A stretch of DNA of 27,731 bases from a virus (taxonomy: Duplodnaviria; Caudoviricetes), in IMG/VR virus record IMGVR_UViG_3300037462_000123, positions 1 to 27,731 of that record; one strand, written 5' to 3'. This document shows, piece after piece, positions 18,036-26,948 of this stretch (position 1 is the stretch's first letter; each line of letters opens with the position of its first letter). Both the position numbers and the translations under genes were made by a program. The notes below the pieces were generated by a model. The model was not told where the DNA came from. It searched no databases and was given only the letters and a program-made list of their open reading frames with translations.

Positions 18036-19438
18036 TGGGTCCGATCCGCTACGACGTGCAGGTTGCGAACCCGTTTCTAGCCGGGCTGCAGGGCCTGCAG
18101 ATGGGGCAGGGCATCGCTGCCCAGCAGCAGGCGCGCCAGCTCGCGCAGCGGCAGGCCGAGGCGCAGGCGATGGCGCAAGCGCAGCGGCAGCAGGCGCTCG
18201 GCGCGTACTTCGACAACCCGAGCCCCGGCGCGCGCGACTACGCGCAGCTGCTCGCCGCAGCGCCCGACTTGAAGGAACAGCTCAAGCAGGGCTTCGATGC
18301 GCTGACCGCCGAGCGTCAGCGCGCGGAGACGTCGCAGGCGTCGCAGGTGTACGCCGCGGTCCAGGCCGGCCGCCCGGAGCTGGCAGCGCAGATGATGCGC
18401 GACCGTGCCGCCGCCCTGCGCAACAGCCGCGCAGCCGAGCCCGAGATACAGGCGGCCGAGACCTTCGCCAAGCTGATCGAGGCCGACCCGCAGTTCGCGT
18501 CGCGCACGGTAGCGCTGCGCCTGGCGGCCACGATGGACCCCGACAAGTTCGGCGCGCTGCTGTCGACCCTCGGCACCGAACGTCGCGCCGACGAGAAGCA
18601 GCCGGCCGACGTCGCGCGCGGAATGGCCGACGCCGAGAAGGCGGTCTCCGACGCCGCGATCCGCCGCATCGACGCCGCGGCCGCGCCGGAGCGCACCGCG
18701 ACCGAGATCGCGAACATCCGCAGCCAGATCACCGAGCGCGCGGGGCGCCTGGCGCTCGATCAGGACAAGTTGACGAGCGACATTCAGCAGAAGCTGATGG
18801 AGTTCAACCGTCAGGCCAACAGCCTGGATGGGGACGCGAAGAAGATCGTCAACGACTCGATCAGCGCGGCGGCCGTGGCGAACACGTCGGCGGCGCAGAT
18901 GTCCGATCTCGCGCGCCAGCTCGAAGAGGCCGGCGGCGGGTACGGCGGCCTCGCTACCGCGGCCGAGTTCTTCAAGCGCGCGACCGGCAATCAGGACCAC
19001 ATGAGCGCGCTGCGGCAGGAGTACGTCCGGCTGCGCAACTCCCAGGCGGTGAAGAGCCTGCCGCCCGGTCCCGCGACCGACAAGGACATCGAGCTGGCGC
19101 TGAAGGGCTTTCCGAGCGAGACGGCCGACGCGCGGGCGCTGGCCTCGTTCCTGCGCGGACAGGCCAAGATGGCGCAGTTCGATGCCGCGCTAAACGACGC
19201 GAAAGCTGAGTGGGTCAATCAGGTCGGCTTCCTCGGCAACGCGAAGCGTGACATCGAGGTCGCGGGTGTCACGGTGCCGGCCGGCACGAACTTCTCGCGC
19301 TTCGCGGGCCAGTTCATGCAGCAGCTGACCGAACAGAAGCGCGCGGAGCAGAGCGCGCAGGCGGTGGCCGGGCGCAGCTACATGCGCTTCGCCGCGCCGC
19401 CGGCAAGCCCGCCCCCGATGACGGCGGCGATGCCGTGA
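18035..19438 (+). CDS. DNA ejection protein, gp20-like
   Basis: Helical, Ala/Gln-rich; LPPGPATDKDI motif; position between gp7-like and gp16-like genes. Confidence 0.7.
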   Translation: MGPIRYDVQVANPFLAGLQGLQMGQGIAAQQQARQLAQRQAEAQAMAQAQRQQALGAYFDNPSPGARDYAQLLAAAPDLKEQLKQGFDALTAERQRAETSQASQVYAAVQAGRPELAAQMMRDRAAALRNSRAAEPEIQAAETFAKLIEADPQFASRTVALRLAATMDPDKFGALLSTLGTERRADEKQPADVARGMADAEKAVSDAAIRRIDAAAAPERTATEIANIRSQITERAGRLALDQDKLTSDIQQKLMEFNRQANSLDGDAKKIVNDSISAAAVANTSAAQMSDLARQLEEAGGGYGGLATAAEFFKRATGNQDHMSALRQEYVRLRNSQAVKSLPPGPATDKDIELALKGFPSETADARALASFLRGQAKMAQFDAALNDAKAEWVNQVGFLGNAKRDIEVAGVTVPAGTNFSRFAGQFMQQLTEQKRAEQSAQAVAGRSYMRFAAPPASPPPMTAAMP

Positions 19439-22400
19439 AAGGCTTTCCGACCAGCTTCCGCGATCCGGTGTACGCGGAGCTCGACGCGAAGAACGAGCAA
19501 CGCTTCGGCCTGCCGCCGGGCCTGCTGCGCTCGATCCGCGAGAACGGGGAGCGCAGCAACGCGGATCAGGTCAGCAGCGCGAACGCCCGCACGCCCTATC
19601 AGGTCATTCCGGAGACGCGGCAGGCGCTGATCGACAAGCACGGCATCGATCCGTGGCTGTCGCCGGCCACCGCCAGCGAGGCCGCGGCGGTGCTGCTGAA
19701 GGAATCGCTCGACCGCAACCGCGGCGACGTGACCGCTGCGATCGGCGAGTACATCGGCGGCACCGACCGCAACAACTGGGGTCGCACGACCCGCGCGTAC
19801 ATCCAGCGGGTGAGCGCGGGGCTTCCGAGTGCCCCGCCGGCTGACGTACAGCCCGCAGGCGCGTCGCAACCGCGCGGGACGACCTCGAGCACCTTCGACC
19901 GCGTGTTCGCTGCGCAGCAGGCCGCGCAACCGCAGCCGACGCAGCAGATCGCCGCGGTGTACGAGGCGTATCGCGGCGGTCAGATGACGCCGGCCGAGCA
20001 GGCCGAGTTCGAGCAGGACGTGAAGGCCGGCCGGCTGATGTTGCCGCGCGGCGCCACGCTGCTCGACCAGCCGCAGCGGGTGAACGCGAGCACTGGCGCG
20101 CCGGCCGCAGCGAACGAACTGCCGGCCGCGGTGGTCGCGGCATACAACGCCGGCCAGATGACGCCGGACGAGGCGCGTCAGCTCGAGCAAGACCTCGCGC
20201 AAGGCACCGTCGCGCTGCCGCCTGGCCAGCAGATCAATCGAGCCCTCGAGCGCGGTTTCTTCGGGCGCGTGGCCGAGGCAGTCACCGGCGCCGATCGGCG
20301 CACGGCCGAGACCGAGGCGGCGCCCGACTGGGCAACAATGCCCGAGCTCAACAGCTTCTCGATGTCGAGCCTGAAAGCCGGCCTCGGCACGCTGATGAGC
20401 AACCCGGCCGAGACGGTCGACGTAATCCGCGCAAACTTCCCCGGCGTACAGGTGCGGCAGGACCAGTCCGGCAACTACTTCCTGCGCTCGTCCATCGACG
20501 GGCAGGAGTACGCGATCAAGCCGGGGTTCCGCGTCTCCGACATTCCGCGCGCCGCCGGCGCCGTTGCCGCATTCACGCCGGCCGGGCGCGCGACCACCAT
20601 CGCCGGGGCTGGCGTCGCTGCGGCCGGCACGCAAGCCGCGATCGAGGCGACGCAGGCGGCCACCGGCGGCAGTTTCGACCCGAAGGAAGTGCTGATCGCG
20701 GGCGCGACCGGCGCTGCGGTGCCGGCGCTGGTTCAGGGGGCGCGTGCCGCGCGCGACGGCGTGGCCGATGTCCTGGCGCGCGGCCGCGGCGCGGTGCCGG
20801 AGATGGCGCCTGCCGGCGCTGCTGCGGGGGCAGCGCCCGATCCGACCTTCGTGCCCCCAGGTCCCGCGCAACCGCAGCCCGCCATGCGCGCCGCCACCGT
20901 CGCGCCCGAGCCGGTGCCGACCACGCAACCGATGCCGACGGCGACCGCGGTGCCGGCCGGCGCCGACGAGGTCGCTTCGACCGCCCGCAGCGCCTCGATG
21001 GGTGGCTTCGGCAGCCGCGGCGCGACCGAGCGCCTGGCCGCGCAGGCCGCGCCGGATGCGGAGACGGTGGCTGCTGCCGATCGGCTCGGCATCCTCGACA
21101 ACCTGCAGCCCGACCACTACTCGACCAATGTCGCGTATCGGCAACTCGCGCAGCTGGTCAAGTCGCAGACCGGCTCGCCCGCCTACGTGGCGCAGAAGGA
21201 GGGCCTCGATCGTGTCGCCGCGCGTGCCGACGAACTCATCACGCAGATGGGTGGCACGGCCGACCTGAGCCAGTTGAACGCCACGATCCGAGGCCAGCTG
21301 GAGGCGACGCAGAAGCAACTCGCCGACAAGGCCGACCAGCTCTACGCGCAGGTGCGGCGCGGTGTCGACGCGCAGCAGGAAGTGCCGGCCGAGTTCGTGC
21401 TCTCGTTCATCCGTCGGCGTGCGGACGACCTCGGCGGCGAGGCCAACCTGTCGAGCATGGAGCGCACGATCCTGCGCAAGCTCGATCCGAAGCCCGCGCG
21501 CCGCGAGGTTGACGGGCTGGTCATCGAAGAGTCGCGGGCGCCGACATACGCGCTACTCGATGACGTGCGGCGCGACGTCGGTTCGGTGGCCGGGCGCGCG
21601 GGGCCGTTCAAGGATGCCGACACCGGGCTGGCGAAGAAGCTCTACGCGCTCATCTCCGACGATCAGGCCGCGGTAGTCTCTCGGCTCGGCCTGTCCGACG
21701 TCTACGACGCCGCGCGTGCCGCTGTATCCACCCGCAAGGGCATCGAGGACGATCTCAGTGCGCTTTTTGGCAAGGCTCTCGATCGGTCTCTTGTCAGCGA
21801 TCTCAACCGCGCTGTTCGCGCGCTGGGTAGCGGAGACGCTGCGCAGCTTGTTGGGTTCCTGAAGTCAGTCCCGCAGGATCTGCGGCGGCAGACAGTCGCT
21901 TCCGGCCTCTCGACGTTTTTCCAGCGCACCGCGCGCGGCGGCGAGATGGACTTCGCCGGCTACGCGCGCTGGTTCGAGGGTCTTGAACGCAACCGGCAGG
22001 CCTACGCCGCGATCATGTCCAACCTGGAGCCGGCGCAGGTGCGCCAGCTCACGGATCTGGCCCGCGTGGCGCGCGGCGTGTCCATGTCGAAAGGCGAGTT
22101 CATCGCCACCGGCAAGGCGATCAACCCGAAGGCGCTGGAACAGGCCGACAGCCTGATCGGCCGCGTGTACGACGAGGTCAAGCGCCGCGGCGTGACCGGA
22201 GTCGCGGCCGAGGCCGTTGGCACCTCTGCCGGGATGCCCGGCTTCGCATCGGCGCTGCAGACCGCGCTGAACCAGAACCGCCCGACCATCGCGCAGGCCG
22301 CTGACCGGCTGATCACGTCGCCGGAGTTCATCGCGCTCGTGCGCGCACAGGCGCGCGACGGCGCCACGGCCGGCGAGCGCCAAGCGGCTGCGCGCCGATT

Positions 22401-22524
22401 CGCCTACTCCCGCCCCTTCGCGCGCTTCGCCCGCGCGCTCGGCAACCCGCGCGCCATGTCCAACCGTGAGCGCTGGGTGCTGCAGGCGCTGCAGGCGCGC
22501 AACCAGCAGACGCAAGAGAGGTAG
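19435..22524 (+). CDS. Large DNA ejection protein (gp16-like) with N-terminal lytic transglycosylase-like domain
   Basis: 1029 aa; N-terminal GLPPGLL..I...GERS....VSSANA..PYQVIP.T...GDV.AAIGEY.GG resembles an SLT fold. Confidence 0.75.
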   Translation: MKGFPTSFRDPVYAELDAKNEQRFGLPPGLLRSIRENGERSNADQVSSANARTPYQVIPETRQALIDKHGIDPWLSPATASEAAAVLLKESLDRNRGDVTAAIGEYIGGTDRNNWGRTTRAYIQRVSAGLPSAPPADVQPAGASQPRGTTSSTFDRVFAAQQAAQPQPTQQIAAVYEAYRGGQMTPAEQAEFEQDVKAGRLMLPRGATLLDQPQRVNASTGAPAAANELPAAVVAAYNAGQMTPDEARQLEQDLAQGTVALPPGQQINRALERGFFGRVAEAVTGADRRTAETEAAPDWATMPELNSFSMSSLKAGLGTLMSNPAETVDVIRANFPGVQVRQDQSGNYFLRSSIDGQEYAIKPGFRVSDIPRAAGAVAAFTPAGRATTIAGAGVAAAGTQAAIEATQAATGGSFDPKEVLIAGATGAAVPALVQGARAARDGVADVLARGRGAVPEMAPAGAAAGAAPDPTFVPPGPAQPQPAMRAATVAPEPVPTTQPMPTATAVPAGADEVASTARSASMGGFGSRGATERLAAQAAPDAETVAAADRLGILDNLQPDHYSTNVAYRQLAQLVKSQTGSPAYVAQKEGLDRVAARADELITQMGGTADLSQLNATIRGQLEATQKQLADKADQLYAQVRRGVDAQQEVPAEFVLSFIRRRADDLGGEANLSSMERTILRKLDPKPARREVDGLVIEESRAPTYALLDDVRRDVGSVAGRAGPFKDADTGLAKKLYALISDDQAAVVSRLGLSDVYDAARAAVSTRKGIEDDLSALFGKALDRSLVSDLNRAVRALGSGDAAQLVGFLKSVPQDLRRQTVASGLSTFFQRTARGGEMDFAGYARWFEGLERNRQAYAAIMSNLEPAQVRQLTDLARVARGVSMSKGEFIATGKAINPKALEQADSLIGRVYDEVKRRGVTGVAAEAVGTSAGMPGFASALQTALNQNRPTIAQAADRLITSPEFIALVRAQARDGATAGERQAAARRFAYSRPFARFARALGNPRAMSNRERWVLQALQARNQQTQER

Positions 22525-22529
22525 CGGCC

Positions 22530-23690
22530 ATGCCTGCCATTCTCAATCCGATCGCCAGCTACTTCGACAACGACGGCTCGCCGCTCGATGGCGGCTACAT
22601 TTTCTTCGGCTCGCCGAACGGCAACCCCGAGGCCTCCCCGCAGACGGTGTACTGGGACGAGGCGCAGACCGTCCCGGCCGCGCAGCCGATCCGAACGATC
22701 AACGGCTTCCCCTCGCGCAACGGCACGCCCGCGATCATTTTCACCGACGCTGACTTCGCGCAGACGGTGCGCAACCGGCGGCGCGAACTCGTCTTCTACC
22801 TGCCGTCGTCCGCGATCCTGTCTGCGCTGGCGCCGCTAGCCGATGGCAGCGCCGCCGCGCCGTCGCTGCGGTTCCTGACGTCGCCTACGACTGGCATGTT
22901 CTCGCCGGCCGTCAATCAGGGCGCGATGGCAGCCAACGGCGTGGAGGTGTTCCGCTGGACGCCGGTCGGCCTCGGCATCGGGGGCACGCCTGCCGAGCGC
23001 CTGGACGTGTTCGGCACGACGCGCCTGCGCGGCACGATGACCGTGACGACCGGCGGCGTGGTCGTGCAACTCGGCGGCGTGACCATCGCCGCCGGCGGCC
23101 TGACGGTGTCGGCCGGCGGCGCCGCGATCACCGGCAACAGCTCGGTCACCGGAACCTTCGCGGTCGCAGGCGCTGTCACCATCACCGCCGGCACCTTCAC
23201 CAGCCGCGGCTTCGAGGACTTGGCGACGACGCTGTCCTGGCGCGTCGACGCGAGCGGCCGTCTGCGCAACCCGGCGAACACGCAGCTCAGCTTCTCGGCG
23301 CGGCGCGTCTCATCGAACCAGACGACTGCCGGCAACGTCGTTTTCCAGGACACAGCGTTCGCCGGCGGCCACAACGATGGCGGCGCCTACGACATCGCGA
23401 CCGGCGTGTTCACCGTGCCGGCCGCGATGGGCGGCACCTATCACGTCTGCGCGACCGTGCCGGTCGACAACACCAGCGGCGGCGACGCGAATCCGGGCGT
23501 CGGTCTACGCATCAACGGCTCCGATGTGATCAAGCCGTCGTATGCGATTCGCACCGGAACCGGCTCGCTGTACGTGTTCTCGGTGTACCTGCGGCTCGCG
23601 GCGGCTGACACGGTGGCCGTGCGATACGACGCGGCCATCGCGTCAGCCGTGCTCATCGGCGCGGTCTTCTCGATGCGGCAGGTGGGCTGA
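22530..23690 (+). CDS. Tailspike/fibre with P22-like head-binding N-terminus and C1q-like C-terminal domain
   Basis: N-terminal P...YFD.DG.PL.GG.IFFG..N..P...PQTVYWD....PAAQPIRT; C-terminal FSA..., N.GGAYD..TGVFTVP...GTY, L.AADTV.V (C1q/TNF pattern). Confidence 0.78.
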   Translation: MPAILNPIASYFDNDGSPLDGGYIFFGSPNGNPEASPQTVYWDEAQTVPAAQPIRTINGFPSRNGTPAIIFTDADFAQTVRNRRRELVFYLPSSAILSALAPLADGSAAAPSLRFLTSPTTGMFSPAVNQGAMAANGVEVFRWTPVGLGIGGTPAERLDVFGTTRLRGTMTVTTGGVVVQLGGVTIAAGGLTVSAGGAAITGNSSVTGTFAVAGAVTITAGTFTSRGFEDLATTLSWRVDASGRLRNPANTQLSFSARRVSSNQTTAGNVVFQDTAFAGGHNDGGAYDIATGVFTVPAAMGGTYHVCATVPVDNTSGGDANPGVGLRINGSDVIKPSYAIRTGTGSLYVFSVYLRLAAADTVAVRYDAAIASAVLIGAVFSMRQVG

Positions 23691-23691
23691 C

Positions 23692-24030
23692 ATGGCCGAA
23701 ATCTCAGTCGCCGACGCCCTGCGCAAGTACGGCGAGGTATTCGGCCTTCTCGGCGCGTTGATCGGCCTGTCGTTCATCGAGCGGCTGACCGTGCTTGCGG
23801 CGTGCCTTGCGCTGCTCGCCGGGTTTGCGTTCGCGCTCGTCGGCGCGCCGATCGTCACGCACTACGCGGCGCCGCCGCCTGCGATCCGGGATCACGTCAC
23901 GGCCGGCGTCGCGCTGTTGTTTGGGATCACGGGGTTCGTTCTGGCTGGCGCCATCCATGCGAGCGCGCGCCAGCTGCGCGAGTGGCTTCCCGAGTTCATT
24001 CGCAAAGCGATCGAGCGGAGGGCCGGTTGA
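23692..24030 (+). CDS. Holin-like membrane protein (112 aa, ~3 TM)
   Basis: Three hydrophobic segments and a charged C-terminal tail; first gene of the lysis region. Confidence 0.65.
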   Translation: MAEISVADALRKYGEVFGLLGALIGLSFIERLTVLAACLALLAGFAFALVGAPIVTHYAAPPPAIRDHVTAGVALLFGITGFVLAGAIHASARQLREWLPEFIRKAIERRAG

Positions 24031-24344
24031 TGCAAACGATCCTGATGCTGATCTACGGCGCGGCGTGCACGCTCGTCGGCTGGTGTGGACTGCGCGCGCT
24101 GTACCGGATGAGTCCGCGCACGCCGCACCTGCGCCGCTCCGCGTTCATCTTGCTGACGCTCGGCGCGGCCTGCGCGTACATCGAGGCGATCCGGGCGCTG
24201 CCCCCGATGGCGTCGGCGCTGTGCATCGCGGTCGGCGCCTGTCTGCTTCTGCTCTGCGGCGCGCGCTCCGGCGGCTCGCGCCAGCGCGTCGACCGCGCGC
24301 CCTTGCCTCCGCCGACCCTGCGCGACTCTGCCTTCCACCGATAG
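24030..24344 (+). CDS. Holin/antiholin-like membrane protein (104 aa, ~3 TM)
   Basis: TGATG coupling; three hydrophobic segments and a basic tail. Confidence 0.6.
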   Translation: MQTILMLIYGAACTLVGWCGLRALYRMSPRTPHLRRSAFILLTLGAACAYIEAIRALPPMASALCIAVGACLLLLCGARSGGSRQRVDRAPLPPPTLRDSAFHR

Positions 24345-24355
24345 GACGCCCGACC

Positions 24356-24772
24356 ATGCGAGCACTCTCCCGCGGCTTCACCCTGATCGAGCTGATGATC
24401 GTCGTAGCGATCATCGCCATCCTGGCCGCCATCGCGATCCCGCAGTACCAGAACTACACCGTCCGCGCGCGCGTGTCGGAGGGGCTGAGCCTGGCCGGCT
24501 CGGCAAAGGTCGCGGTCGCCGAGGCGTTTCAAGCGCTGAACGCGTTCCCGACGTCCAACGCCGAGGCCGGGCTGCCGGCGCTCGTAACCGGGCCGGACGT
24601 CACAAGCGTGGCGGTCGGGGCTGATGGCGTCATCACGATCACGTACAACGCCGCGCGCATCCCTGGCGCCGGGACGCTGCTTCTGACGCCGGTCAGCACG
24701 GAAAGCGCGGTCACCTGGACGTGCGGCGGCGGCACGCTGCGCAATCAGTTCCGGCCGGCAACGTGTCGCTGA
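24356..24772 (+). CDS. pilA: Type IVa major pilin (138 aa prepilin)
   Basis: MRALSRG|[36 protein letters not shown] class III signal peptide with Glu5; C-terminal disulfide loop WTC...RPATCR; RBS AGGA. Confidence 0.93.
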   Translation: MRALSRGFTLIELMIVVAIIAILAAIAIPQYQNYTVRARVSEGLSLAGSAKVAVAEAFQALNAFPTSNAEAGLPALVTGPDVTSVAVGADGVITITYNAARIPGAGTLLLTPVSTESAVTWTCGGGTLRNQFRPATCR

Positions 24773-24912
24773 TCCGCTTTCTCGCCGCGGCCGCGCTGTG
24801 CGGCGCGTACATGCTGGCCGCGCAGGACGCGCAGCCGTGGTTCGTCTCGATCGGCGCGGCGGTGTTGCTGGGGTCGCTGCTGCTGCCGGCGGATGGTGAA
24901 GGGGACTGGTGA
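24763..24912 (+). CDS. Small two-TM membrane protein (49 aa)
   Basis: GTG start overlapping the pilin 3' end; two hydrophobic segments; stop overlaps the next start. Confidence 0.5.
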   Translation: MSLIRFLAAAALCGAYMLAAQDAQPWFVSIGAAVLLGSLLLPADGEGDW

Positions 24913-25391
24913 TGATCCTCGAAACAGCCCTCGGCTCCCTGTTCGGCGGCGCGCTGCGACTGGCGCCGGAAGTGCTCAAGTGGCTCGACCGCAAGAGCGA
25001 GCGCGAGCACGAGATCAAGCTGCAAGACCTGTCGCTGCAGGCGTCGCGCGAGAAGGCTGAGCAGCAACTGCGTGCGGCCGAGCAGCAGCGCGGCGCGGTG
25101 CTCGACGCGGGCGCCATGACGGCGCTGGTCGAGTCGATCAAAGCGCAGGCGCAGCCGACCGGCATCCGCTGGGTCGATGCGTTGAACGCGCTGGTCCGTC
25201 CGGGCGTGACGTACTGCTATTTCGGCCTGTACGTGGCCGCGCGGGTGGCGGCGTTCGTGCTCGCGGTACAGGCGGGCGCGGCGCCGCTCGACGTGCTCGC
25301 GAAAACGTGGACCGCCGAGGATCAAGCGATGCTGTCGTCCATCCTCAGCTTCTGGTTCCTCAACCGCACGCTTGAGAAGGCCGGGCGGTAG
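24909..25391 (+). CDS. Holin (3TM / GTA-holin-like family)
   Basis: LGSLFGG..RLAPEVLK.LDRK.ER.HE, VDALNALVRP.VTY and FWFLNRTLEK motifs; precedes the lysozyme. Confidence 0.7.
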   Translation: MMILETALGSLFGGALRLAPEVLKWLDRKSEREHEIKLQDLSLQASREKAEQQLRAAEQQRGAVLDAGAMTALVESIKAQAQPTGIRWVDALNALVRPGVTYCYFGLYVAARVAAFVLAVQAGAAPLDVLAKTWTAEDQAMLSSILSFWFLNRTLEKAGR

Positions 25392-25392
25392 T

Positions 25393-25857
25393 GTGCAGCT
25401 CGGCCCGGTTGTTGAGATCGCGGAACCGTTCATCGCGCGCTGGGAAGGCCTCGCGCGCGTGCGTAACGACGGCCTGATCGTCCCCTACCTGTGCCCGGCC
25501 GGCTTCTGGACGCAGGGCTATGGGCGCCTCGTCAGCGGCCGGGATGCGCCGCCCATCAACCGCGACACCGCGCGCTTCTGGCTGTTCCAAGACATCCTGA
25601 GCCATGCGGCACAGGCGATCGTCGCGTCGCCGTCGCTGGCAATGGAGCCTCCGGCGCGCGTGGCGGTCATCACGTCGTTCGTGTTCAACCTCGGCATCGG
25701 GCGGTATCGATCAAGCACGCTCAAGCGCCGCGTCGACGCCGGGCGCTGGGATGACGTGCCCGCGCAGTTGCGGCGATGGGTGTTTGCGGGGGGCGAAAAG
25801 CTGCCGGGCCTGATCGCACGCCGCGAAGCCGAGGCGGCGATGCTGGCGGACGTCTAG
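25393..25857 (+). CDS. GH24 phage lysozyme (endolysin)
   Basis: WEG...YLCPAG.WT.GYG, SFVFNLG.G....STL.R and RWV.AGG..LPGL..RR.AE motifs; GTG start at 25393. Confidence 0.93.
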   Translation: MQLGPVVEIAEPFIARWEGLARVRNDGLIVPYLCPAGFWTQGYGRLVSGRDAPPINRDTARFWLFQDILSHAAQAIVASPSLAMEPPARVAVITSFVFNLGIGRYRSSTLKRRVDAGRWDDVPAQLRRWVFAGGEKLPGLIARREAEAAMLADV

Positions 25858-26070
25858 ATGGCGAAGATGCTCACGCCCGGCGACGAGGCGGACATGATGC
25901 GGCTCGGCGACCTGTGCACCGCGGCGGCCGAGCAACTGGCCGGCGCTGATCCGGACCCGCGCAAGCACCGGATCGACCTGTACCGGCCGGTGGTGATCGA
26001 CGGGCGGACGCTGTTCGTCAGGGTGAAGTTGACGGTGGCGTTTGTGGGCGGGGCCGCTTCGCAGATCTGA
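25858..26070 (+). CDS. Hypothetical protein (70 aa)
   Basis: Abuts the lysozyme stop; phage-like codon usage; no TM segment or lipobox. Confidence 0.55.
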   Translation: MAKMLTPGDEADMMRLGDLCTAAAEQLAGADPDPRKHRIDLYRPVVIDGRTLFVRVKLTVAFVGGAASQI

Positions 26071-26361
26071 CCCAGGCGCGCGGCTGTGGAGCGCGCGAGC
26101 ACGGCAGCGCGCTGACCTACCGTTCGTCGGCTGGCGTTCGATTCCTGCTGCGCACCTTACAGCACCCTTCACACCGTCTGATCGCACGGCGTGGACGGGA
26201 AACTGCCTAAGGCGTGTGCGATGGCGCAGCGATTTCTGCGCCGCCCCCGCGCCGCCCCAGTCGCGTGTAGACGCAGGCGTGGCGCGGTGTCGGATTCCTC
26301 CCGGCGGGCGGCTTCCCATTCGCTGCTGGCTCGGTCACTTGGCGGCAAGGCTGAGGCAGCG

Positions 26362-26396
26362 GTTATTCCGGCGGCGCGGCATAAATCAAGTTGGGC
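26362..26396 (+). other. attI-like primary cassette integration site
   Basis: GCATAAATCAA-G|TTGGGC: a GTTRRRY core at 26390 with a degenerate inverted L-box upstream and no R''/attC arm; a second GTTATTC at 26362; first junction of the array. Confidence 0.6.
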
Positions 26397-26399
26397 GTC

Positions 26400-26594
26400 T
26401 TACTGCGGGTCATAGTTCACCCGCACCACGGCCATGCAGCCCTGCGACGGGAAACTCTCCGGCACGCACTCCAGCGTGTAGAGAAAGTCCTCGTCAGCGC
26501 CGCCGCCGCTGCCATCGGCGCGCACGGCCACATGCACCGGCCAGTGGCCCGGCATCTTCTCCAGCGCCTCGCGCAGGTCATTCACCGTCATCAT
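26400..26594 (-). CDS. Cassette 1 ORF B, small phage-like protein (64 aa)
   Basis: MTVNDLREALEKMP..WPV.V N-terminus is common in small phage proteins; stop lies just inside the cassette core end. Confidence 0.7.
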   Translation of the reverse strand: MMTVNDLREALEKMPGHWPVHVAVRADGSGGGADEDFLYTLECVPESFPSQGCMAVVRVNYDPQ

Positions 26595-26817
26595 CGGTCC
26601 AGTAGCTCAGGTTCTCGGCCGCCGCGCTTTCCGGCGTCACCGTCAACCAGTCGTCGTCAGCTTCGGGCCAGCTCTCAAGCTCGGCCGCCGCCACCTCGTC
26701 GCCTGCTTCGGTCGCCCGCTTCACCTCGTCGCAAAACCTACGCTCCCATTCGTGGCGTGGGATGCCATGCTCTGGCAGTGTCAGCATCTGTCGCTCCTTG
26801 TCCCAAACCGCTTGCAT
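26578..26817 (-). CDS. Cassette 1 ORF A, small acidic protein (79 aa)
   Basis: Strong RBS AGAAGGAG before ATG 26817; ends PESAAAENLSYWTDD; overlaps ORF B. Confidence 0.75.
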   Translation of the reverse strand: MQAVWDKERQMLTLPEHGIPRHEWERRFCDEVKRATEAGDEVAAAELESWPEADDDWLTVTPESAAAENLSYWTDDDGE

Positions 26818-26846
26818 GCTCACTCCTTCTCGCTTCGGACGCAGCC

Positions 26847-26948
26847 GCCCAACAGTGCGCTCAAGCGGACCCAGGCCGGCGGGCAACGCTCAAGCTTTCC
26901 TTGACAGTTCATCTGCGCCGGCCCGGTCCGCTTAGCTCCGCGTTATGC
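26847..26948 (+). repeat. attC site 1 (102 bp)
   Basis: R'' GCCCAAC-5 nt-L'' GCTCAAGC ... L' GCTTAGC-5 nt-R' GTTATGC; extra C in L''; stem GGACC.AGGCCGGCG / CGCCGGCC.GGTCC. Confidence 0.92.

Noticed and set aside
13105-21318. Long minus-strand ORFs (457, 595, 307 and 646 aa) in the tail/ejection region
   Set aside because: Same shadow-ORF artefact of high GC
23795-24355. N-terminal extension of the 325-aa ORF containing the pilin
   Set aside because: Arg-rich off-frame read of the holin-like genes; the prepilin leader and RBS define ATG 24356
25858-26070. Spanin call for the ORF after the lysozyme
   Set aside because: No N-terminal TM segment, coiled coil or lipobox
26223-26242. Hairpin GGCGCAG-CGATTT-CTGCGCC as a terminator between converging units
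   Set aside because: No U-tract on either side; function unsupported
22530-26390. Diversity-generating retroelement acting on the tail fibres
   Set aside because: No reverse transcriptase and no TR/VR repeat pair seen in the window
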